From positions 128,216,001 to 128,280,000 of the forward strand of contig OZ024743.1 in assembly GCA_964016885.1 (NCBI GenBank): DNA of 64,000 nt, given 5' to 3'. Every line of letters starts with the position of its first letter. The stretch's first letter is position 1. Below the pieces are notes generated by a model. That model was not told where the DNA came from, searched no databases, and saw only the letters and a list, made by a program, of their open reading frames with translations. A program made the position numbers and the translations under genes. Shown one piece after another: positions 1 to 9,541 of this stretch. Source of the stretch: Eledone cirrhosa. Taxonomy: Eukaryota.

Positions 1-78
1 AAAATTTAGTAGTTAGATTCCGGTGGTATTTACTGGAGTAAATAACCCTGGGTCTAGCAACCACTATATATATATATA

Positions 79-250
79 TATCAAAATGAAAATCCGAAGG
101 CAAGGTAAAATTCCAATCATTTAATCACGACACATGTTTCAATAAGAGATAGATCGATTATGAAGCCATGATCGATCTATCTCTTATTGAAACATGTGTC
201 GTGATTAAATGATTGGAATTTTACCTTGCCTTCGGATTTTCATTTTGATA
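79..250. repeat. Fold-back palindrome (80-bp arms, 12-nt loop), Penelope-LTR-like
   Basis: 79-158 is the reverse complement of 171-250; it contains a hammerhead 3' half, GAAAC-atgt-GTC; abuts (TA)n. Confidence 0.8.
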
Positions 251-441
251 CTTATACTCCGTTTTACATCATCTAGCTGTTCCCTTGAATGGAATTAGAG
301 ATATACAAAAGCGTGGAGAACTTAATGTTGCTAACATAAAGTTATTGGACCATTTTACACAACCAATAATGAACCTTACTATATAACAAGTATATATATA
401 TATATATCTTATATATGTGTGTGTGTCTTTATATATATATA

Positions 442-767
442 CAACATTACGGCTACATATGAGGATATAGGCAGATTTTCTCACAAGAGACGGAGGCACG
501 TCAAGGCACACAGAAACAAATAAAGCATTTAAAGATAGTTAAAAAATATAATAATAATAATAATAATAATAAAGTAAAATAAAAATAATAATATAAAAAT
601 ATAAATAAATAATTAAAAAATTAAGGCACACAAAAGCAACAGAGGAAGTTATGCATTAGTCACTATATAGAACAGGTGATTTAGTTTCCCATGACGTGCG
701 TGCCCTCACGTGCCTCCGTCTCTTGTGAGAAAATCTGCCTATATCCTCATATGTAGCTGTAATGTTG
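442..767. repeat. Inverted repeat, 60-bp arms (442-501 / 708-767)
   Basis: Read directly, one mismatch; followed by a hammerhead-like motif at 904-948. Confidence 0.8.
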
Positions 768-903
768 AATAACAACCCCATTACGCATTCTCTCCATCCT
801 TTCCATTTCCAATCTCCCTCTTATTATCGTGTACTGTATATCTAATGTTCGTGTGACTAAGCTTGGTAGAGCTTATACTCAGCACTATATTTTTGTTTAT
901 AAA

Positions 904-948
904 GCTCTGATGATTCCTGCCCCATGGTATGGATGAAACATTGTCAGC
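904..948 (+). ncRNA. Degenerate minimal type I hammerhead ribozyme
   Basis: gct-CTGATGA-ttcc...ggat-GAAAC-att-GTC-agc; stems I and II are weak. Confidence 0.5.
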
Positions 949-2049
949 AAATAAAAATTGTATGAGTATGTAGGCGTTCTTTGATTTCTTTTACATATAA
1001 CGGCTGTTCTTGTACATTGAGCTAATACAATACTGTCACAAATATGACACAGTGCAGATGCATTTATGCACATACGCTCCGTTTTCTACGTAAATATATA
1101 TATATATATGCATATACATATATATATATATATACTACTTGGCCAGGCATACCTGCCCCCACCACTCCACTGCAAAGATACCACACACCCTCCCGTGTCA
1201 CATTGTCCTTCAGACTCTCTCTCTCTCTGAATAACTAAAACTTTAATTGTATCTCTCTCTGTCTAACAGCCTATCTCTCTCTTTTCCCCTCCCTCTGTTT
1301 TTCTGTCTCTCTCTGTAGATGTGTGTGTGTAGTTTTCCTAATCTTTCTCTAAATCTCTCTCTCTATATATATATATATGAATAAAATTAGAGCAAGAAGA
1401 CAGGACTGTCCGTCATCAGTGATCTTCCAGCCATCATTGGTATTTCTTCGCATTAAGACCATATACCTCCGGCTGGTGTGAGCAATAACTAAAAAAGGTT
1501 ATTGGGACAAAAAGAATTGGGTGGAGAAAGCGAGACATGTAAAGAAACAGAGATGGTAAGGCAATGGAAAGAGAGGAAGATGAGAGACAAGTCCGTGATA
1601 TCTGTGAAGTTAAGTTAGAGCAAATCGTGGATGAGGAGAAAAGGATGTGTCCAGACCCTGTGAAATGTGAGCGAGAAAAGGATTTCACACAGGTCAGACG
1701 GGAGGAAGTGAGAGAGGGGGAGTAGCAGAGAGTGAGTGAGTGAAAGTGTGGGGAAGAGGCCAGCCGAGAGAGGGTGACTGGCAGAGGGGGTGAATGAAAG
1801 TAAGAGATACAAGGAGAGAGAAAGAGGATAGCAGTAAGAAAGAAACAGACTGTAAAATTCGAAAAACTCAGATTACATTGTGAATTAATAAATAAATCAA
1901 CTAATACCTTAACACTTCACACAAAGTAAAATATTTCGTTTTAATCATTTTCCAACCCAGAAAAAAGAGAAAAATAAAAAGGAAAAAAGATATATTTCTT
2001 CCTAATAATCGTCTTTTCCTCCCTGTTTTCATATATATATAAATATATT

Positions 2050-3420
2050 TCGTTTTATATATATCAGATGGCTGACAATAAGATGAAACTAAAAAAATGT
2101 TCGCTAACTTTATAGGATATCACCACGGATTTCAATAGAAAATATTCGTTTTTACTTTTTTGGTGGAAAGGAGATTTTCCCCCAGGAAAGAGGGGGACCC
2201 TCGGGCCACCTCTGCCACCGATTTCAGTGGCAAATCATTTTTTCTTCGTTTTTTTTTTTTTTTTTCAGAATGCTATCAATTACATATTCCTAATATGCCG
2301 CAAATGACTTTTTACCCGGGAAATAAGGGGTAGACACACTCGGACATTCCACCCACTCCTTCGCCGCCACCACCACTAATTGCAGCGGGAAATTACTTTT
2401 TTTGCTCGATTTCTTTCGTGTACTAAGGACGTTTTTCCCCGGAAAACGGAGGCAAGGATGACATCCTCGGACCTATCCATAGTTTTCTTTATCCACTACC
2501 CCAGAGGACGTGAAAAGTCCGAGGTGCCCCTCTCTTTTCCAGGGAAGTCCCTTGCATCATATTAGGAAGTAAGTTTAATTAAGAGCACACGAAAATAAAA
2601 TTTACTTAACAAGAATCATCACCATAGAGGTTTAAGTACATGCTTATTCATGAAAATCCATGTTCTTTTTTTTTTGGGGGGGGGGGGGGGGGTAAACACC
2701 TGTATATTGCTTTAATTAAGATTGTCGTTATTAATGGTACATTTCACAATTATCACAAGTACATCTTTGATTATATCTTCCACACATTTCAGAAGCTTTC
2801 AGTGTTTCACCTTCAGAAATTTATTAAATATATAAACAACTTAGGAAAATTTGGGGGGTAAATTTTATAGAAAACCAACCGCTGGGGATCGCTAAGAGAT
2901 ATATATTTCCCCCTAGGTTTTCCGTTTGTTTTCAACTAATCTGATCTCCGAGATACTCGCAATCATCTTTTATTCGAAAACGATTGCGAGTATGTCGGAG
3001 GTCAGATTGGGTGAAAACAAGGAAATAACTAGGAAAAAAGATATTTTTTATCGATCTCAAGTGGGTCCTTTTCTATACATTTAAACGTCTGTGATGTGCT
3101 TATCTGTAAATTCGAAGGTCCCTGCCCCGCCCGGCCTTAGTTTTCGGGGGAAAGAGTCGTTTTCCGAGTGATTCAAATGTTAGATCGGTTGAAAACAAAC
3201 AAAAATTCCCACCACAGAGAACTCCGAGGGTCACTCCAATTGCCTCAACTCACAATCAGCCCCACTACCATACCCAAATCTATTTTCGGAAAATGAAAAG
3301 TCAATTGTGTGCATGTCGGAGGTCATACGAGTTGAAAACACGAAAACAACCTAGAAAAATATTTCTTAACAAAGCCCCGAGGATACTTTTCTTTAAACTT
3401 ACTTTTCTATAAATTTGCCC
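2050..3420. mobile_element. Non-autonomous repeat family with internal hairpins (possibly Helitron/Helentron-derived); related pieces near 5460-5640 and 10460-11200
   Basis: The motif ctaggttttt..gttttcaactaatctgacctc recurs in both orientations; hairpin at 2913-3033. The class is a guess. Confidence 0.4.
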
Positions 3421-4349
3421 CTTTTTTTTCTTCCAATTTATTTTATTGCCGATTATAATGTTCTTTCAAATTCACTTCATTGTCGTCGACTTTATATACG
3501 TAAAACTAAAGGACACACATTTTATGATAATTATGTTATAATTAACAGCTATATGAATGAAAAGACAAATTAAAACATATTGAAATAAGGTAGTATGTTA
3601 CTAGTACATTTTATATCATCATCGGCAAAAATACCCAATTCGAGAACAGGTCATATTAGAGTTATGAAAAATAACGGGGAAGTAGTTTACTAATAAATGA
3701 GATTTGACTCATATCAAACTGCTGCATTTCTCACACACAGTGTCAATTGTATTATGAAAGTAATACAAACTTTACAGATACAAAAATATCAAACGCAAAT
3801 ATCAATGTTAAACTATATAGACACTCGAACTACTTGAGATAACAAATAACTCTATCTCTTTATATATGTAAAATTCTTAGTCTCTCTCTCTGTCTCTGTC
3901 TTTTCCTTATATATTCTCAAACGCCTCGACCAAATGAAATCAAATTTTACGAGGTAATTATATTAGGCACCAACAATCATAATTAAAGCAACATACAGAT
4001 GTTTAATCACCCCCTCCCCAATGGATTTTCATGAAGAAGGATGTACTTAAACCTCTATGATGATGATTCTTCTCATAAAATTAATTTGTTGGTAAAAAAT
4101 CGGTAAAAGACACCTCCACCGATTTTAGTGGGAAGTAATTTTTATTTTCGTGTGCTCTTAAAATAAAAAAATATATGATATTTTTTTATACAAAGTAAAA
4201 ATTGTATTATGAAAGTAATACAAACTTTACAGATACAAAAATATCAAACAAATATCAATGTTACACTACATAGACACTCGAACGACTTGAGATGAAAAAT
4301 AACTCTATTATTTCAATCAAAAAAAGAAAGAAAATCACGGTGAATATTA

Positions 4350-4580
4350 TAATGAATATGGAATACTCAAAACAAGAAGGCCTTGGATAAGTCGAGCCCC
4401 TAGCAGTGGAGACTTCTAGTGCCTTTGGCCCGAGGGCTACCTCACTACTCACCACCATAGGCGCTGAGCGGGATAGATGCAGGTGTGAGTCTCGCGAGGT
4501 GGAATGGCTCTTCAAGGGCATCTCTCTCACCATCCTCTGGGGAAATGCCTTCTCTATTCACTGCTATACCAGACTGTTGA
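4350..4580 (+). mobile_element. 3' remnant of a restriction-like-endonuclease (CRE-type) non-LTR retrotransposon
   Basis: AVETSSAFGPRATSLLTTIG...ESREVEWLFKGISLTILWGNAFSI resembles the AVETxG.WG...FQRLSVAIQRGNA C-terminus. Confidence 0.6.
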
Positions 4581-4632
4581 CTATCTGTAACCAATGACGC
4601 TATATATCAACCCAATTAGTTATTGACACATA

Positions 4633-4809
4633 CGCTAAACAAAAACTGAAAGTAAATATTTTGCATGTCTTGTGTGAAGGAAATGAGTAACTCAATCAGC
4701 ATCTCGCTAAACAAAAACTGAAAGTAAATATTTTGTATAGACATAAGTAACTTTCGTTTCACATATTAAAGGAATTCCAGGACTCTAAAAACATTGGTAA
4801 GTATATAAA
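4633..4809 (+). promoter_or_regulatory. Proximal promoter of cytokine-like gene: TATA box plus IRF-E-like, AP-1-like and kB-like motifs
   Basis: TATATAAA 4802-4809; AAAACTGAAAGT 4642-4653 and 4714-4725; ACTTTCGTTTC 4750-4760 (GAAACGAAAGT on -); TGAGTAACTCA 4684-4694; GGAATTCC 4771-4778. Confidence 0.55.
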
Positions 4810-4878
4810 GTTAAACTGCTTTAGTATTGTCAAATATTTACTGTACTCACAAGGTGTATACACAAAGATACTGAAGAA

Positions 4879-4888
4879 ATGAAGATGA
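4879..4888 (+). CDS. Cytokine-like gene exon 1, coding part (MKM + 1 nt)
   Basis: ATG AAG ATG A|gtaagt is a consensus donor at phase 1, matching exon 2; it lies 70 bp after TATATAAA. Confidence 0.75.
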
Positions 4889-7800
4889 GTAAGTATTATA
4901 TTGGTTTGTGCAATATACCTTGTACAATATACCTTTCGATACACACATATATATATAAACTTTTAGCCATTCGGATATCGGAGATTTGTGTATTTAAATC
5001 ATAAGGAGATTTTGTTGACAGGGCCTAGCTGGAACTCCTTTCTGTTATCTCTGCTTTCACACTTTTCTTTAAAAGCTTTCTTGAGTTTGGAAACATAACG
5101 TTGGTAGTCATGGTAACTAGCGTCACCGTCACCGTCGCCTCTGCCAACAATACAACAATGACACACTCAGAGTTACTTCCCTTAGCTTGTGCCAGCATAC
5201 CAATACGGTGGCTGTGTGTGTGTGTTTCAATAAAGACGCGTGGTTTAGAGGTTAGAGCGTTAGATTCACATCATATGAAAGGGGTTCGATTTTTGCAAAT
5301 ATTCGGCTATTCTAAAATCAAAATTAGTTTCTTGATTGTTTTATAGCAAGAATTTGTTCTTCCCACTTAATGACATAATTCTCCTAGCATACATTTTTGT
5401 AGTGCAGACATGGTAGCATTGGAACTATTGTTCACAGATTTGCGCACATACCTTTAACCCCCCCGTGCCAATCACCCCCTCCCCCATTACGTTTTCAGAA
5501 AAAGAAGGTGTTGAAAACACGAAAAGACATAGGAAAAAATATTTTCTGAATGATCTCCAGCAGATGCTATTCTATAAATTTAAATGGCTGAAATATACTT
5601 ATCTGTAACTCCAAGGGTTCATCTCCCCCTCCTCTACACAGAACTAATGAGTTGTAATAGGTTCAGCCTATATATGTTTTTATATTATTAATTTCTAGTG
5701 GATTGGCAGTATCGGTAGAGGGTTGGACGGCATGCTTTGAAGCATGGAGTTGCGTCCCTTTATGATCTGAGTTCAAATCTCGCCGAGGTTAACTTTGCCT
5801 TTCATCCTTACGGGGTCGATAAAATAAAGTACCAGTAATGTACTGGCTAATTGCTGACCTTGTGCCAAAAGTAGAAACAATTAATTTCTAATATTTATTT
5901 TTCAGCTTATTTTCACTTCTCATGTGCTTCTCTACTTATCTTCCCTACCTAACTGACCATCTCCATTTACTATTACTCAGTCCTTTATTAACTCCATCTC
6001 TCTCCACTAGTCACCAGAGACACACCATACAAAATACTTTTCTAACAAAATCATACAATGATCACACATAAGAATAATATACACTACAACCAAACTGAAA
6101 AGTTTAGTAAGACACCCTGCTATGTGTAGCTCCTGACCAAGATTGAACTCCAGACCAGGATCTCCATCATCTCAAATACCTATCACTAGGCCACCAAGAT
6201 GACTACAATGTAAAGAGAAAAGAAAACTTATTATTTTGAAATGGTGACAAATTTCACCAAGCCACATACACTCTCATTGTCAGATTTCTGTTGTAACTGT
6301 GATGTCTAACAACAGCATTAAACAAACACATTACATGTTCTAATATTATGTTATCTAACAATATATAGTAATAAAATCTAAAGATATCTTAATATACTTT
6401 CTTTCATTTAGATTTGCAATATGCATTGGTCTTATGTTTATCAACATGGATAGCATTGATCCACGGATCACCTATACAATCTACAATACCACCTAAATCA
6501 GCTGATCCAAAAGTTATGAAAGTGACATTGAAAATTGCACAACTTGCTTCTGCTACTGTAAACTATACATTGATGCACTATGTGAGTTCTTGAATTAATT
6601 CTTTATTTCTTCATATATTAATTTATTTCCTATTTATATTATCAATTCATAGGGCAGTAGATAGACAGTATGAGTAGAGCGTCAGACACTATGCTTTGCA
6701 GCATAGAGTTGTGGCCTTTTACGTTCTGAGTTCAAATCACGCTGAGCTTAACTTTGCCTTTCATCCTTTTGTGATCGATAAAATAAATCACCAGTAATGC
6801 ACTGGGGTAATTGCTGGCCTTGTGCCAAAAGTAGAAACAATTATTAAATCATTGTTAGGGTGGTAGATTGGCAGTGTCAGTAGAACGTCAGACAAAATAC
6901 TTTGTGGTAATTAGTTATGACTTCCTATGTTCTGTGTTTAAATCCTACCAAAGTAAACTTTGTCTTTCATCCTCTCAAGGTCAATAAAATAAAGTATGAG
7001 TCAAGTACTGAGATCGATATGAATAACTTTGCTCTCTACTAAGATTTACTGGCCTTGTGCTTATATTAGAAATCATTATTAGGTTATTTCATATCAATAT
7101 GTTATTTTACTGAAGTGTTGTAATATCAAAGTACATCACACTGACACTATAATCAATATCTAAATCATACTTAGGTCTGTAACACTGAATGTTTAAGTTC
7201 ACATAAGAATGAATCTATTGATATCGTATGTCTCATTTTATTAATAGCCAGTGTCAAAATATATGAATATCTATGTGTAAAACTATCTCTATTTCTAAAT
7301 GTGTAAATATCTTTTATAGTGTAAGAATACTCCAATGATATACACTACAAACTGCCATAAATTTATTACCTACTTACTGAAAATGATGGACGTTACATTG
7401 CCCCAGATGTATCTTCATGATTATATCATTAATAATGAAATATCACAGGTTAGTACATTTTATAAAATTATGATGCATTGTTCTTTTTCTGATATTTTAT
7501 ACAATGATATATTTTGACAAATATCAATGTATGCAAAATACAAAACTTCTCAATAATTCTTCATTACAGATGGGTCTGTTCAACATATCTACAACACTTA
7601 GTAAATATATTGTTTTGATTAAAAATCAAATGGAGAGAGAATATAAGGATTTATGTGCTCCTGCCAAACGTATAAAAGTAGCCTGTCATTTTCCTTCTGC
7701 CTGTTCTGAAATCACTAAAACATCAGAAGCTACATTCTATTGTTACTTAAGACAATCTGTAAATTACGTGAATGATCTGAAACTTCTTCTGAATTTACAG

Positions 7801-9344
7801 GTAGGTGTTGTTATTATAATAATATATTTATATTGGATATTCTTTTTTTCTCTTGATTTCATTTCATATAGATTATAATATTACATTATAATTGCATTTA
7901 TATATCCAAAATTAAGGTCAGTTTATTCTTGGCAAGCCTGTTCTGCTAGGGAATGGATCACAGATGGTGGATAGTGATGTGGCAACCCAATATGGGAGCT
8001 AATTGCAATTTCAGTGGGCTCATAATAAACAACCCTTGACAAAACAGTGGTTAGCTAGTTGGGCAGATGGAACAATAGGTGACACTGTTGGCTCTCAGGA
8101 AAAGTCTCACAACCCCATGCTATAGTTATGATGAGATGAGTAAAGGCCTCTTCTAAAAAAGCCTAGTCTTTGCAGATCTGAGAATTTGTTTACTGGTGCA
8201 AATAATAGAACAGAAAAGCAGCAGTATTGTTTGGTTGCATAAAAAGAATCATACTTAATTGTCCTTCCAACAAGGTGACCATGGTTGCATACAGATCTTA
8301 AATAGAAGAACCCATTTGAAAAATATATTGCAGCCTCTATCCAATACCAGAAAAACTAGCAACATGCCTGGGAACTATCACAGGATGGATGCACAAAGGT
8401 TGCGTACTATAGCACTACAAAGAGGGTTCAGAAGGGAGCAAACATTAACAACTGGAATATCACAACCCTGACGCATAGGGAACAGGAACTAGTGGAAAAG
8501 GCCAAATATAGTTTGGGGTTTCCTTTACTAGGTCTGTGACTCTAGTACTGTTGATTTGGATGAAAACCCACAAAACAGTTATGTCTAGATTGACACACAG
8601 CATAAATTGTGAAGTGCTGGCTGATGAGGGGTCACGACTAGGTATGAAGGTACTATAGCACCAAAATTTTGAGAACATCCTGAACAAATTGAAAATATTA
8701 AAGTGGAGTGAAGACAGTTCAGTTTGACATTTTCTGCTTCGGCTGTTAAATGATATGGGCAAACGCAGTTTGGTGTGGTGATGGAGGACAGAAGTATCCC
8801 TTGAATTAATCAAAAAGTTAAAGATATCATCCATGTGAAGAAAGAGGCTTGCAGAACCTGTTTTGGAAATAAGTCTTCCATCTTGTGCTTGCTGTGCAAG
8901 CAGACATTAAAGGTAGCCAAGATTAAGACATTGTAGGATTTTACAAGAATGTTATTGCAGTATTTGTTCTGGTCTTTTGAGTTCAAATCCCATCATGTTC
9001 CACTTTGCCTTTCTTCCATCCAAGGTTGATACAATTTTCCCCTTCCCTAAAATTACTTCAGTCTAAAGTAGAAATCATTATAAAATGGTAACTATGGCAA
9101 GAACATGTATATCAATGTATATATATTTTGTCATTTGTACAAATTATTAATATTACAATTACAATCTAGTTTGTTTTTCTATTTTTTTTAAATTCAGATT
9201 TCTTCAAAATACCAAGACAGTGTACAAGTAGATAATAATTTCTTGGTATCACATCATACTCAAAGAACTCAGCTTCGATGGTTTACCATGACTACGCTAT
9301 ATACTCTACAGGAACATATCAGCCAGATTCAAAAGATATTATAG
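4879..9344 (+). CDS. Putative secreted long-chain four-helix cytokine (IL-6/G-CSF family-like), 228 aa, join(4879..4888,6412..6581,7320..7448,7570..7800,9198..9344)
   Basis: All four introns are GT..AG with pyrimidine tracts, and the exons splice into one open frame of 687 nt: MKMNLQYALVLCLSTWIALIHG/SPIQSTIPPKSADPKVMKVTLKIAQLASATVNYTLMHY|CKNTPMIYTTNCHKFITYLLKMMDVTLPQMYLHDYIINNEISQ|MGLFNISTTLSKYIVLIKNQMEREYKDLCAPAKRIKVACHFPSACSEITKTSEATFYCYLRQSVNYVNDLKLLLNLQ|ISSKYQDSVQVDNNFLVSHHTQRTQLRWFTMTTLYTLQEHISQIQKIL*. It has a signal peptide, an upstream TATA box and a downstream AATAAA. Gene model confidence is about 0.85; the family assignment is less certain. Confidence 0.75.
5698..5882 (+). mobile_element. 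tRNA-derived SINE; further copies about 6652-6842, 6858-7080, 41085-41240 (+) and 30955-31145, 39975-40145, 53165-53285, 58143-58330, 63735-63980 (-)
   Basis: A/B-box-like head (tggcagtatcgg...gagttcaaatc), shared core tttgcctttcatcct...gtcgataaaataaagtaccag and tail gtgccaaaagtagaaacaatt. Confidence 0.85.
6412..6581 (+). CDS. Cytokine-like gene exon 2 (signal peptide + helix A)
   Basis: ctttcatttag| ... CAC TAT|gtgagt; 170 nt open; hydrophobic signal ending IHG-SP. Confidence 0.85.
7320..7448 (+). CDS. Cytokine-like gene exon 3 (Cys pair + AB loop, VTLPQM)
   Basis: cttttatag|TGT ... TCA CAG|gttagt; 129 nt, phase 0-0. Confidence 0.8.
7570..7800 (+). CDS. Cytokine-like gene exon 4 (helices B and C)
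   Basis: ttcattacag|ATG ... TTA CAG|gtaggt; 231 nt, phase 0-0; lies inside ORF 7504..7878. Confidence 0.85.
9198..9344 (+). CDS. Cytokine-like gene exon 5 (helix D, stop)
   Basis: ttttaaattcag|ATT ... TTA TAG; amphipathic C-terminal helix. Confidence 0.8.
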   Translation: MSSKYQDSVQVDNNFLVSHHTQRTQLRWFTMTTLYTLQEHISQIQKIL

Positions 9345-9535
9345 TCATATATGTGAAATATCTTATATATATTATCTATAATATTAATACCACATCCTTG
9401 TCTAGATAGACACTCAGATACAAGTGTATCATTGACAATATGTAGAAGTATTTTAAACTTCATTTTTTAACAAAGCCATTTTTGTGGATTATAAATATAT
9501 AGCAAAAGTAAAATATAACTCTGTATGTCAACACA

Positions 9536-9541
9536 AATAAA
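9536..9541 (+). terminator. Candidate polyadenylation signal of cytokine-like gene
   Basis: First AATAAA seen after the stop, about 190 nt downstream. The hexamer is common in AT-rich DNA. Confidence 0.4.

Noticed and set aside
4741-4796. Alternative first exon ending TTG|gtaagt for the cytokine-like gene
   Set aside because: No in-frame ATG after an in-frame stop, and it lies upstream of the TATA box.
5698-5790. tRNA gene
   Set aside because: A/B-box-like head of a multi-copy SINE; no cloverleaf.
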